Below are positions 17,500-30,329 of a stretch of DNA of 64,000 nucleotides, one piece after another. Position 1 is the first letter of the stretch; every line of letters begins with the position of its first letter. Source of the DNA: Eledone cirrhosa (lineage: Eukaryota); assembly GCA_964016885.1 (NCBI GenBank), contig OZ024743.1, positions 61,938,001-62,002,000 of the forward strand. The letters are read 5' to 3'. Made by a program: the position numbers and the translations under genes. Under the pieces are notes generated by a model that was given only the letters and a program-made list of their open reading frames with translations, was not told the DNA's origin and did not search any database.

Positions 17500-17790
17500 T
17501 TGGTCCTCCGTTGGTTACGACGATGAGTGTTCCTGTAGTTTCATCAACGGCACAGTCTACGTGTAAGTGACTGAGCATTCCACAGAAATATGTAGCCATA
17601 ACATATCAATATGACACTGTGTGACAATGCTGGACCTTTTATTTGTAGGTAAAACTCATTTGTTTCCAGCTGTGTGGGAGGGAGCAATGTGAAATAAAGT
17701 GTCTTGCTCAAGGACATCACGTCCAGATGGCAATTAAACTGAAAAATATTTACAATCGTCAGTAAAGTAGTCTAACTACAAAGCCACTAA
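17500..17790 (-). mobile_element. SINE family B (CORE-like) copy
   Basis: Reverse complement carries TTGAGCAAGACACTTTATTTCAC and the CTCAGTCACTT...GTAACCAACGGAG tail shared with 46275-46545 and 57140-57405. Confidence 0.7.
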
Positions 17791-17894
17791 GCCTTCTTGT
17801 TAGTTAAATAATATTTAAAGTTTTCCCAAGTTCGGATGCTCATCAGAACAATATATTCCAATTTCATTGGCGTTAAGCGACTGAGTAAAATTCT

Positions 17895-18775
17895 TGTTAC
17901 TCCATCGATATTCCATCTTGCTCACCTCTCCTACGGAACCCCCAGTATACACATGGCCGCTGACCACCAGGTCTCTTCCGCTACAGATTTCCAGCAAGGG
18001 GACCCACTCGAACCGCTCCTCTTTGCGCGGGTCGTAGATGAAGCTGCTCACTCTCAACGGTCACCCTTCAATGTCTGGTATCTGGACACCGAGAGAATCG
18101 GCTGTCGTCCATCAGCGACGTCCTCGTGAAGACGGCAGAACCTGCCGTGTCTCAAGAACCTGGGAAGGCTCCTCCGTTACTCAGTATACAAATGTCCAAC
18201 GTAACTGGGACGACATCCAGCCTCCTATTATGCCGCCAGAGCGCAGGCCGACATGCCGCTCTGAACGACATAATGAGAAGGAACCTTGACGTAGCCGGCT
18301 CCCCGTCACAACTTGAGCCAGCAGGCACCGACTGTAGAGAGGGCAAGCGCCCCGATGGAATTACCCTCTTCCCATTTGAGGGAGGTAAATCCTTTACTGG
18401 AACGCAACATGCTGCGACACGTTCTCCGCCTCCAGCCTAGACGCTTCAGCCAAAAACCTCGGTACCACGACCCGCAATGCAGAGGACAGGAAGATAAGCA
18501 AATATCTGGGCTTTCCAGCAGCTTCCTCTTAGCACCAGTCACCGTTGAGACCACAGGCGTCCTTGGACCCCGTACAACTGACCTACTCCGTAAAATCGGA
18601 ATTACAACAGCCCGTCTGAGGAAGGAGCCCGCGCGGTGGGGTGGCTGTTGCAGCGTGTATCACTGGCCATTGTCTGCGACGATGCCTTTGCCAGTTTGAC
18701 CGCAGGGCGCAGCCAAAAGACCACTCCGACCTCGATATAGAATCTGTTATCCTCTCCCTTTCCCCTTTCTTTCGT
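17895..18775 (+). mobile_element. CRE-clade non-LTR retrotransposon remnant (RT core + RLE, internally deleted, frameshifted)
   Basis: RT motifs QQGDPLEPLLF and NVWYLD; then [45 protein letters not shown] typical of the CRE C-terminal RLE domain. Confidence 0.85.
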
Positions 18776-18959
18776 TGCTTAACAATCTTTGCCCTATTCC
18801 TCGTTTAAAAAGCATATTTCGTCATACCAAAAGGCCGCTTTTCGACGCTTTAGCTAACAATTTTCAAAATTATTTGAAAATCACACTTAGTGTATTTTAT
18901 CAGATAGGGCTAAATTGTTTATATTTCTCAAAAATCATAATTTTATGTGTGACAATTTT

Positions 18960-19270
18960 GTTGAGTTATGCTCCAAACACCAACTTGATAATGATAAAAA
19001 TAGTTACATTACTGAATCCCTCTACATTCTTGAATATTTTGAAAATCGAATGTTGTGCCTTTCGTTTGAAATATAGTAACAAATGAGTTAGTCTTTCTCT
19101 TTTAATTCCACACAAATTTTATGTAAGAAACCTTTTATGCTCCAAACACCAACTTAATCGTGACAAAGTTAGTTATATTACTATATCCCATAAACTTTTG
19201 GATTATTTAAAAAGTTATTTGAAAATCGTGTCTTTTAGTTTTAAATACGGTAACGAAGTTGATGGACGTT
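18960..19270. repeat. Diverged ~170-bp direct duplication within an AT-rich dispersed repeat
   Basis: TATGCTCCAAACACCAACTT...AGTTA.ATTACT at 18967 and 19136, both followed by TTGAAAATCG and similar TAACAAA/TAACGAA. Confidence 0.6.
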
Positions 19271-19769
19271 TTCTTTTCCAGTTTATTCGACAAGGCGCCG
19301 ATTAGGATAAAATAACCAATATATCGTTTTTAATTGACACAACAATTAACTAATTAAATTTTTAATTACATGTACACACAAACTCATACACACGCTTATA
19401 GATTCACACAAACATATGCACATACAAACACATGCACACACACACAAACACATGCACACACAAACACACAAACACACATACATATACACACACCCACGCA
19501 TAACCTAAGTTTGGAGAGTTGACAATTAACTGTTTCGAAAATAGACAATATAATCGATGTTTAAATTTTGAAGGTTGTTTTGTTATTCGGTGTTTCTCAA
19601 TGGGGGCGCGGCAATATTTTGAAGGGGCGTGGGATTGTAGAATGGGGCATATATATACTATGCTATATATGATATTAACATTATCCGATCGTGGTAGGCC
19701 GCACATATTTTTAAGTTGAAGTGGAGCGTGAGACAAAAGTGGTTCTATCACTGATTTGATTATATGGTT

Positions 19770-20325
19770 CATGACGCCTTATGTTCTTGAGCAAGATACT
19801 TTATATCCCGTTGCTCCAGTCTACTCAACTAACAAACATGCTGTTCAAAGTGTCATTCTTGTCACACATTGTCACACAGATTCTCCCTGAGAGCTGCGTT
19901 AATGATACACCCTGCCACATACACGTTAATTTCACAAGCCGGTTGTTCCGTTGATCGAACAACTGGAACACTCCTTGTCGGAGTCCAATAAGACAAGATT
20001 GCAAGATGCTTAAGTACGCTTTACCATCATTAAGACCCGGGTTCGATCCCAATTCGTGACATTTTGGGCAAGTGTCATTTAACAGAGCCTTGGTTTTGGG
20101 AGTGAAACTGGATAGATGAATACTGTTTGGAAGCTTGTTAGATGAACTGTATATGTACCTCAATAGATCAGCCTTGTCGCACACCCAGTCATTCTGAATA
20201 TCCCTGGGAATTACGTTAAGAGTACACGTGTATATGCAGTGCAGATTCACTTACACATTAATTTCATGAGTAGACTATTCTGTTCATTGAACACTCATCA
20301 CCGAAAGAGACGGAGGTCCCACAAC
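19770..20325 (+). mobile_element. Two adjacent SINE family B copies (~19770-19985 and ~20030-20325)
   Basis: TTGAGCAAGATACTTT core; GGGTTCGATCCC B-box-like motif; shared CTCCCTGAGA...GTTAATTTCAC...AACTGGAAC tail. Confidence 0.65.
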
Positions 20326-20589
20326 TTATAAACCAAAAATAGACAACATATTAGAGGTTTAGATCCTGAAGATTATTTTGTTATTCTAATTTATAACCAA
20401 AAATACATTCTAGAAAATTCTTTCTAAACTCTTTATTTAATTTCAGCTTGTTTTCGCCCCCGTTTTCTTATTTATTCCTTCAAGTTGTTTCTTATATTAT
20501 TATTTCTAAGTGTAAAAACCCTTAATAAACGTTTGTTTACATTTGACTTGCGTATTTGATTACAAGTGCAATAGCGGTTAAAAACAGTG

Positions 20590-20631
<42 letters not shown>

Positions 20632-21524
20632 AATACTACCTACCTACCTACGTAATACTACTATTATCAATACTACAAATACTACAATAGATATAGTGTG
20701 TAATCCATTTATATTATAGTTTCGGTTGTGTCACTGTTTCAACTGTGTCATTGTTCTAAAGCACTCCATGGTATCCATATAAACCAAGTGTCATACATAT
20801 TTCTCTGACTGTATTTATAAGGAAATACATTCTATTTCAATTAATCAATGAAGAGTTTTGAAGGATTTACTAAAATTATTAATTATTTCATTGCTAAGTT
20901 ACAGATTCAACATATGGTTCTTATATATAACTATGTTGGAAGATTGTAATTTAAATATTAACCCTTTAAAATAAGTCGATTTGGGGTAGGTTGCTATCAA
21001 AACGTTTAATCATAACAACTCTCCACAACTCCGTACAACTTATTTACTTGTACTTGTGTTGGTGTTCACCCGGGATGTATTGAGCCGGCTCCATCGAAGG
21101 AATGGTGTAAGTTCATTTCAGCGAAGTTTCTTCGGGCGATTGGTTTCATAAGCGGTGCCCAGCCGCAAGTATATGCAATTCAAGCATTGCATCGGTTATA
21201 GCGCTGACCTCTTGCTTTCACACCCAACGCAATTTGATGGAGCAAGTGCTGCGACGGAGACGCATGAGAGGAAGTTTGGTTGGTAAATGTGATGTTAGAC
21301 ACAACCTATTTGAACCATTTTTTAGGCCAGCAGGAGATCACCCCACTGCCCAGCTCGGGGCAACCTACCCTCGGCACCATATTAAGTAATTGGATTTGAA
21401 GTTCTATTTAGGTAGAAAAAAAGTGGAACGATTGCATTTAATTCATGTGATTGTAGATGTAAGTGTATGAGAAGGCTCTAGGCTCAAAGTATTGACGATT
21501 TTTCTATCTATCCATCTATATATC

Positions 21525-22311
21525 ATGAAGATAAACTGGCCAGTCTGTTCGGTAGGACCTTCCGCCCGGGACCGATGGACAACTTCCAAAAGTCCCTGGC
21601 CTGGCAGTGCTACCGAGGAGCTCTACCAGTTCGAGACAAACTCTACAGACATGGGCGTCCGAGGTGCGTGCGAGACGAAGAAACCGTCGCGCACGCATTC
21701 ATACACTGCCCGGGCGTCACCGATCTGTGGGGCTATGTAGAACGATTATTGTCGCGGGTGGGACCAATCCGGTTGACCACCGAGTCCATTGTCATGATCA
21801 AACCGCCACCCTCCTTCAAAAACGAAGGAGAGGCGGTTTTGCTTTGTGTGATAGCTATGGCGAAAGAGGTTGTATGGTGGACAAGGTTGAAAGGGCTGAG
21901 GTCAGACACCTTTCTCTCAGGCCAACAACTGATTCTTTTTTTCAAATACCACTTTGGAAGAAGAATCAGGATGGAGAGAGAGGTGCTGTACCCCAGCAAG
22001 TTTTATGAAAGGTGGGTGAAAGTGACGAGAATGGCCCGAGTGAATGGGCCTTCTCTCTATATCAGCCTGTAGGTTGAGGAAAAGGAGGAGGAGAGGAAAG
22101 GAGTACAAACTCTTCGTACTCCTGGAGATGAGGGTTGCACATTTTTTCGGGGGTATGTGTTACCCATATGAACTGTCTCCTCCAATTGGGGAAAAAATCG
22201 ACTAATTTTTAAATTGCATTTGTGATAATATTTTACGCGTTTTTATTGTATGTAAACTTCCCCTCTTTGTATTTGTCCCCTTCTTTTGTGCCCCTGTGGC
22301 TAATAAAGAAA
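21525..22311 (+). mobile_element. Tx1/L1-group non-LTR retrotransposon 3' end (zf-RVT domain, 3' UTR, AATAAAGAAA tail)
   Basis: ORF 21575-22072: LAWQCYRGALPVRDKL...RC..DEETVAHAFIHCP..LW (CCHC zf-RVT signature); ends GCTAATAAAGAAA. Confidence 0.85.
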
Positions 22312-22369
22312 CATATCTATCATAAAGAAATTTATCTATCTTCAGCTCCCCCTCTCTCTCTCTAGCTCC

Positions 22370-22432
<63 letters not shown>

Positions 22433-22619
22433 GCTAGCTCTCCCTCTCTCTTTAGCTCCACCACTCTCTCTCTCTCTCTCTCTCTCGCACGTTTGTCGTT
22501 GAGCCTAGCATACTTGGTGTAATAAACAAGAAATTTTAATTAATTTAAAATAAGGATCACAATCATACCCCATGTCACTGCATTCCACATTTAATTAATT
22601 CTGTTTAATGAAGAATCAG

Positions 22620-23045
22620 CGATGACTACTCTATACGATCGTTCGTCTTTCTAGAAATAGCAGTCAAATCAAATTCAAACTACCCCTACTTACTGAACAT
22701 TGAATAAAATATTTGAAATTACAATCCTAAAACGATATATAAGAAAATTGTTTGGGATAGTCATGACTGGAACATCATAACAATAGAAATTATGCAGATA
22801 AAATGTTGAATCAGTAATAAGTGTGGGTAAAATAAAATACAAGGGTGTTGCTATTGTTGCTATTTAGCTCCAGGTTAATTCAGATTTAGCCGTCTTATGG
22901 TCAATGGTGTTTCAGCCATGACTTATCTTATATTTGAAGTGTATATAGGATCACATTACCTGTCCTTCGGTTTTTAAGATTTGGTTCGGGGAAGATTTGG
23001 TTGCTATTTCTAGGAGGTTGAGCAACAACGTAGAGGGTCCCTGAT
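22620..23045. repeat. Diverged oppositely oriented pair of a dispersed repeat (~22620-22790 minus, ~22860-23045 plus); further copy ~35230-35410
   Basis: CTAGAAATAGCAGTCAAATC versus GATTTGGTTGCTATTTCTAG; GTCATGACTGGAACA versus TGTTTCAGCCATGAC. Confidence 0.5.
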
Positions 23046-23869
23046 TGATATGGATGTTATTTTATATGGGAGTGAGGTGTGTCAGGTCAATGAGTACAGA
23101 ACAGGACTCTTCCTATAATTTAACTCCACATGATCTGTCTCACTATAATTAACTATATTTTCTGGGCTTATTTCCTGGTCCTTTACATCTACAATGTAAC
23201 AATCCTCTGTAACTACCCCTCACACATACACAAGTAGAAAAGACCAACAACACTCAGTCCTTTCACACATCACTAGATTGCACTATATTATGTCTTTGTG
23301 TTGTGACTAAAAAACATATAATCTTGCTTACTTACACTACTAGCACTCTACAACACCTCAGTGTTCTCACTTCACTTTATACTACATTCTTTTAATTGTA
23401 AATACACACACAATACATTACATCCACACTACTAGTCAAGCACATACACACAGGCACGTTCATTATCAACATGCAAGGTAACCTATCTAGGTCATAGGGG
23501 TTCTTATCAGGGAAAAAAAAGAGTAAAGTCCGTCACAATTTCGGAGCTTATCCCGGCGTTAGACGATGACAGTACACAGCACCACCAATGGCTGTTAGTA
23601 TTCATTTTCACCTAAGTTGACTAGTTCAAGAATACAACGTGCCTGTCGGTCCAAGAATTGAACCCATGATATTGCAGCCGTAAGCCCACTTACCATTGTG
23701 TTGCAATCCTTCAACTAGGACACACGCATTATCAGCTTGCAAATTAGCCTTTCTAGGTCACATGTATCCACTTCGTAACTGTCCGATATAACATAGATAT
23801 TTGTATAATGCGGTAACCTTCTGTGGGGTAATTTAAAAAATATATATACAATATACAAGTGGAAACCGT

Positions 23870-24495
23870 TTCTTCTACAACAACTACAACGGTACGCGAT
23901 GGGGCCCACCCACAGCCCTGGTGGACAGAATGGGGAAGGCGTTTCCCCGAAGGACGGCGAGGGAGACGCGCTGGAAGAGCCACTCCAACTCGGGGGGCTC
24001 ACACCTGCGGCTGGCCAGCTCAGCACCTATGGTGGTGAGTAAGGAGGTAGCACTGGGGCCGAGGACACCAGAAGTCTCCACTGCAAACCTGTCGGAGAGC
24101 GACCGGTATTTGAGGAGTTTGGCCCCCTCAGCCCGACGTGCAGCAGAACATACGTCAGTCGCAGACTGCACCAGGTTGCAGCTGCAGAAAGTGTCGGTGC
24201 AAGTGGCATCCCAGACGAGGGGTTGGCCACCGCGGAACGGGAAGATGGTCATGTCATCTGGCCTTTTGCCGTCCCCTCGATCCAGCCCCACCGGCTCGAG
24301 CTGGGAAGGGAAGCCTGCAGCGTCCAAGCCACGCTTAATGACCTCGTTGAGGGCAGCATGGCGTGGAATGCGGCCGGCACTGTGGCGACAAGAAAGCGGG
24401 TGGAGGCTGAAAGAGTCCACGGTGGAACCGCAGCGACATTGGTGTGGCTGGCAGATCCGGAGGCCGAGCCTCAGGGAAACGCCGATATGCACATG
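23870..24495 (-). mobile_element. CRE-clade non-LTR retrotransposon, 5'-truncated; zinc knuckle + RLE domain in one open frame
   Basis: ORF 23884-24492: LRLG..CRCG..VD...[67 protein letters not shown]. Confidence 0.9.
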
Positions 24496-25149
24496 TTGTG
24501 GCTATGACTAACTGTGTTTTACCGGTCATTTTTTTTTCTTTTGTTATTTTGTTTCTTTTACCGATATGACCCTTTTCAGTGCATTCAATATTGATAAGAG
24601 CAGAGGAAAGCTTAATGAAACCGGAGACCTGATTCAAATTCTTCTAAAAAGGTGGATCTTGCTAAAGGCACACAAGGACCAAGTAGAGGTGTTAAACTGG
24701 GCGACGGATTAAGTCTATCATTCAAGAATTAGGACCAAATACCATAAGGCATTTCATCAATTCACATCTCCAAATTGGTAGAGTTGTTATGTCGGCGTGG
24801 TCAAGACTAGATTGACATTTCCGAGCCTGTTTCTATTTATTTCATACATTTTTACCATTTAGTACATTTGTGGTGTTTGCAGATCATTCATTTACGTTTA
24901 ACGACTGCATCATTGGATCGTCTTTGTGTAATAGAATCAATGTGAATCATGCGACTGAATGACGCTCAGTGCATGGTTTGTAGTTGTAATTTGGTGATGG
25001 ATAAATGGAATTTAAAACAATGAGACAAAGAGAAAGTTAAAAAATACTCCTGCAAAAATCGACATGGGGGTTGTTTGAAACAGCAGCCATTTTACTTGTA
25101 TGTGTACGCTGTGATCATGTAAAGAACATTAAGGAAAAGTTACCGGCAT

Positions 25150-25620
25150 CTTTTAATTCCGTCCCAACATAACTATTATTATACAGGTTGTTTCCGTTTT
25201 CAGTTCTCACATTCTGATTATCTCTATCCGTATATTTTGATAATCTCTCCCTTTCTTTGGGAGATACATTATCGGTATTTGCAACTGATACTTCAATCAA
25301 AGAGTACTTCCGTTCCGGGAGGTCTTTATCAGCAATATCTGGTCGTTTTCTTTTTTTTTTTTTGTTGTTGTTTTTTTTTTTTCTTGATTTCCATATCTGT
25401 GTGGATTGGCAAATCCCAGGGTACGGTTGCGTTGACATCTTTTCAGATATATATTTTTGTCACCTCTCTGTATCACGTTTGTTTACATTTGAATTGTGTA
25501 TGTTTGTTTATACCAACTATTTTCTACGAGTATCTATTTCATAAAGCTGGTATAACTTCCAGTGTATGTAAGCCCCAATGTTGTCATGCCTTTAGATATA
25601 TTCTTTCTTGGATTAGACTG
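25150..25620 (-). mobile_element. R4/Dong-like non-LTR retrotransposon C-terminal RLE remnant
   Basis: Across frameshifts: KEYI*RHDNIGAYIHWKL, WDLPIHTDMEI, KRPDI..KD...LIEVSV..DN..KERERLSKY. Confidence 0.8.
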
Positions 25621-26339
25621 TGATGCTGATGCTGATGGTAGGTGTAGTCATTGTTATTGATTGCTATTTGTTGTGCTGATGGTTTTGTCACATAGGTGGT
25701 GACAAAATGAAAGAGAAATCAGCCAGCTACGGCGAAAGATAGGTGCAGACAAACCAACCAATATGAGGGGAATGATGATATTGGTTTTTGATTTAAACAC
25801 AGAACAACAATTTGGTGGGAAGTGTACGTCGATTAAATCTACTACGATTACTTGACTGGTACTTTATTTTATCGGTAAATGTAACCTAGGCAAATTTTCA
25901 ACTCAAAACGCAACAATGGTATTATGTTCTTTTATACGTGGTATATATTCTCCTATATTAGAGATGAAGGGTTGGAATTCATGTTTCTGACAGATGTAAA
26001 GCAATCCGTGTTCGTCGGTGATTTCATCTTTTGCATGCATGGCGTCATATTAGGACAAGTTAAATATAATAAATACATCAAGCATTCTATCAAAAACTTT
26101 GTTAAGTTAGGTGTGTATGCAAGGTTTCTTACTAATAATACTACTACGACCACATATCACTTCACTTACTCAGCAATACACTCAGCCACATCCTGTAATA
26201 TAAATATACATTATAAACAAACAGCATTTTTATATAACAAAATAAGTTTTTTTGACAAAATACGTTTTTTTCTTTAGCACGAGAGGCTTAATTGGTATTT
26301 TCATTAAGTGCACAGTTCATTTCCAAATGATTCTCTCAT

Positions 26340-26371
<32 letters not shown>

Positions 26372-26508
26372 AACATTTGCGTATTATTTAATTAAAGGCA
26401 TATGAAGTAGATATGTTCACATGAGTTAAACTGTTAATATACATATATATATATATATTCTCAACTTCCACATTACATGTCAATTGCTCTACTCTTTCGT
26501 TTATACCC

Positions 26509-26593
<85 letters not shown>

Positions 26594-27160
26594 GTTAAAA
26601 CAAAAAACAAAAACAATAACGAAGAGTGCAGTACAAAGTGTTAGTATTAGGCTCACATATATACATAATGAGTCATTACAGCTTCAATGTGTCCCGCACA
26701 AAAACGAAACGGTCAGTCAAAAAACGGTATTTAGTATACATTATGTAATAGAGTTTGAAAGTAAGGCTATTCACTGAAACATTATTCGCTACTTCCTCCC
26801 ACTGAATATCCTTACTCAAACGAAAAATAAAATATTTACGACTAGAAATGTTTTTCTCTATAACAGTTTACTCAACAGGTCCCCTAAAATAACTCAGTGG
26901 GTGAAGAGATTGTTATCACTAAAAAAAATAATACGATTAAATTGTGTGGATACATTTTATAAGAGTAGTTATAGGTCCTTTACAATATGTTATAGTTATA
27001 AGTCTGTTACAATAAATGAATGTCAGCCTCTGTTTGGTAAACATGTCTTATCGGTTTTTTTAATCAAAACCGGAAAAACATCGGTATATAAATAAATCTA
27101 TATTATATACATATGCAGTTATAAAATACATACATTCACATGTATGTATGCATTTATATT

Positions 27161-27212
<52 letters not shown>

Positions 27213-27303
27213 GTGTGTGTGTGTATATATATTTATGCACATGTATATTTTCATCGTTATATAACTACTGACTCACAAGCACGCACACAATCGCACACAT
27301 TGA

Positions 27304-27629
27304 CATACATACATACATACATACATACATACATACATACATACATACATACATACATACATGGTGGCTGCCAACTCGTTTTCGAGTACGGCCACTACTT
27401 TATATCCATGTAGGAGAACCCCTACCGATGCGCTGAACCCTACCGATGCGCTGAACATACATACATACATACATACAAACATACATACATACGTACATAC
27501 ATACAAACATACATACATACGTACATACGTACATACATACAAACATACATACATACGTACATACATACAAACATACATACATACAAACATACATACATAC
27601 ATACAAACATACATACATACGTACATACA
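27304..27629 (-). mobile_element. RTE-type LINE 3' terminal fragment (27361-27455) embedded in (ATGT)n
   Basis: Same sequence as 41942-42018 (ATGGTGGCTGCCAACTCGTTTTCGAGTACGGCC...); 18-bp tandem duplication CCCTACCGATGCGCTGAA at its 5' junction. Confidence 0.8.
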
Positions 27630-27844
27630 GTGCTGGTGAAAACAGGTCCGAATGTTTTCAGAATCCAGCCGAAAACATACAGCTAGTTATAACTCCAAAG
27701 CCAATCGTGTTAAATAGATGAGAGGTAAATATACATCTGAATGTATTGATAGTATACAGTAATTAACATTCCCATAGGATCTGCTAAAATGTTTCCTACA
27801 GTTAGATCAACAGCAACACGTATACATTATTGTATTATAGTCCA

Positions 27845-28040
27845 GGGCGTTAGATTGGCAGTATCGGTAGAGGGTCTGACGCCATGTTTTGCAGCAAAGA
27901 GTTACGGCCCTTGCCATTCTGAGTTCAAATCCCGCCGAAGTTAACTTGCCTTTCATCCTTACTGGGTCGATAAAATAAAGCACCAGTAATACACTGGCAT
28001 AATTGCTGGCCTTGTGCCAAAAGTAGAAACAATTATTGTA
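27845..28040 (+). mobile_element. SINE family A (tRNA-derived head, conserved CCTTTCATCCTTACGGGGTCGATAAAATAAAGTACCAG core)
   Basis: A-box-like TTGGCAGTATCGG, B-box GAGTTCAAATCC, core and GCCTTGTGCC.AAAGTAGAAAC tail; more than 10 copies in the window; core resembles the Meta-domain SINE core (from memory). Confidence 0.85.
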
Positions 28041-28049
28041 TTATAGTCC

Positions 28050-28330
28050 AAATTTGCCAGCCAAGACCTCGTCTTGGACCCCACATTTAATCCAGCAGGC
28101 TTTGACCTTCCCAGAAAGCAATGTGGGTCCCTTAATTGGATCCGCACAATGCATGCCTGGACAGCCCATCATCGGTGGAAAATGAAAGACAACCCAGCAT
28201 GTGACTGTGGGGACTCTGACCAAACAGTGATGCCTGTCGTACGGGATTGCTCCCTCATACGTTTTTCCTGTTGCATGGAGGCAATCCATAATGCTGCAAA
28301 TGAAAATCTTGGTCTGGCTCACCTGTCTCT
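28050..28330 (+). mobile_element. Ingi/Vingi-like (I-group) LINE C-terminal remnant
   Basis: DPT..PAGFDLPRKQ..SLNWIRT...RW....PACDCG..DQT....RDC...F (degenerate CCHC tail). Confidence 0.65.
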
Positions 28331-28905
28331 ACCTGCCTCACTATTGTGCAAGAAGATTTGTTGTAATGAACATAAATATATTATGAAATGCCTTCAGAGT
28401 TTCGAACTCGAGACATCGATGTTCCAAAACAACATTTCTTACATTCAATTATTTTTAAAGGATTTGATCCGGCTCTCTACTCGCCGAGTTCAAATCCCGC
28501 TGAGGTCAACATTACCTTTCAACTTATCGGGGTCAATAAAATAAAGTACCAGTCTAACGCGGAGGTTAGGTGGAGGTGTCAGAGAGTCAGACGAGATGTT
28601 ATACGGTATCTATTCCGGCATTTTGCGTTTTGGTTTCAAGTCCCGCTGTAGCTTTCGTGGTGGTGGTGGGGGGGGGGGATTTTAATCTGCTTAACAGTGC
28701 CACCAGGCTCTTGGGTGCCCTTAGCGAAACCCACTCTCTTGAAAGCATTATTATTATTGTGTACTATGTATATTACACGCACACACGCACACACGCGCGC
28801 GCACACACGCGCGCGCACACACGCGCGCGCACACACACACGCAATTGTTTTTTACTATTGGTACCTTGTGAGTAGAATTTGGTAGATGGAAACTGCTGAA
28901 GCGCT

Positions 28906-28964
<59 letters not shown>

Positions 28965-29721
28965 CGTTCGTAGCCAAAATATATATTTTTTTGTTTACCA
29001 TGACCGGCACTATCCAACTTTTACTACTCCAAATCACTTCACTATTCAGTATCCGCCCTTAACTCACTAGAATCCACTCTGTACTAACTACCAAACACCA
29101 TCCAGTCTTCACCCCCGCTTTATTTGAAATGGTTTACTTCCACCACACCATTGTGGCGGCGATGTCTAGCGCTGTGTACAGATGACTTGCAGGTGCTATT
29201 GTGTAGGACTGGAAAGACATGAAAGAGGAAAGAGTGAGAAGAAAGGGAGGAGAGAATGAGTAGTGGTGAGTGGAAGTGAGAGGGAATAAGGTGTATGCAG
29301 AGGAAGTAGTGAGGGGAAGTGAGAGGGAGGAATGTTGTTGTTGTTGGCATTGTTTGGTGGGTGGTTTCAGATGAGATTCTTTGGAATAGTCCCCGGAGTT
29401 TTGGAAATTTCACCACTACCCCCATTCCATCAACAGATAAGCAGACGATCGCACATTAAAGGACAATGAAGAATTCTTAGTTATTCACTCCTTCTTCTTC
29501 TCCTATCCCTCTCTCTCTCGCTCTTTCTCGCTCTCTCTCTTGCTCTCTCTCTCTCTCTCTCTATCTCTCACACACACATATATATACACACATACACACT
29601 CACACACACATATATATATATGGATGTGTGTGTATATATATGTCTATATGGGTATCTATGCATTTGTATATGTCAGTATATATTATGTATATATATATTT
29701 ATGCATATGTGTGTATGTATG

Positions 29722-29767
<46 letters not shown>

Positions 29768-30280
29768 GGGTGTGTATACTTGATGCAAAGTATTTGAAAC
29801 TATTTTCGAATGATAGTAAAGAGAAGCAAAGATAACTATAAACATTGCTTCAAAGTCTTACATACATACAAGACAACAAAGATATTTCGTAGTTCGTCTC
29901 CCTCGTCCGGAAATATAATCACTCTGTGAAAATAGGGGGCGCTAGGGTCGTTGTTATATTTAGGTAGGTGGCAACGTGTTCGGAAATACTCTCGAAAACA
30001 AAACATTCTTCTTCAGCCCAAACTAACAAACAAAATAATGAGGTGAGAGAGAGATAGAGGGCGGGAGAGATTGTCTGTGTGAGAGAGAGAGGGGGGAGAG
30101 AGAGGGGGGAGAGATTGTGTGTTTGAGAGATAGAGGGAGAGAGAGAGAGATGGAGAGATTATGTGTGAGAAAGAGAGAAAATGGGAGAGAGGGAGTATAT
30201 GTGTGTGTGAGAGAGAGAGGGGGTAGAGAGGGAGATAGGGGGAGAGAGAGGGGGAGAGATTGTGTTTATGTTTGTATGTT

Positions 30281-30329
<49 letters not shown>

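Noticed and set aside
21040-21390. GC-richer island; GGCCAGC...GGGCAAC resembles an HDV ribozyme, and the minus strand faintly resembles U1
   Set aside because: No P1 partner strand for HDV and no real U1 match; possibly a degraded LINE end with an ACAAGT tail, but not supportable
27855-27935. tRNA genes at GTTCAAATCC motifs
   Set aside because: No cloverleaf; these are SINE heads
28776-28842. (CA)/(CG) alternating tract with Z-DNA potential; also (CA)n(TA)n(TG)n quasi-palindromes, e.g. 32614-32692
   Set aside because: Ordinary microsatellite by-products in this genome; nothing locus-specific
29110-29430. Minus-strand LFQRIS peptide plus AATAAA as a fifth CRE fragment
   Set aside because: Only a 6-residue similarity, with no other motifs
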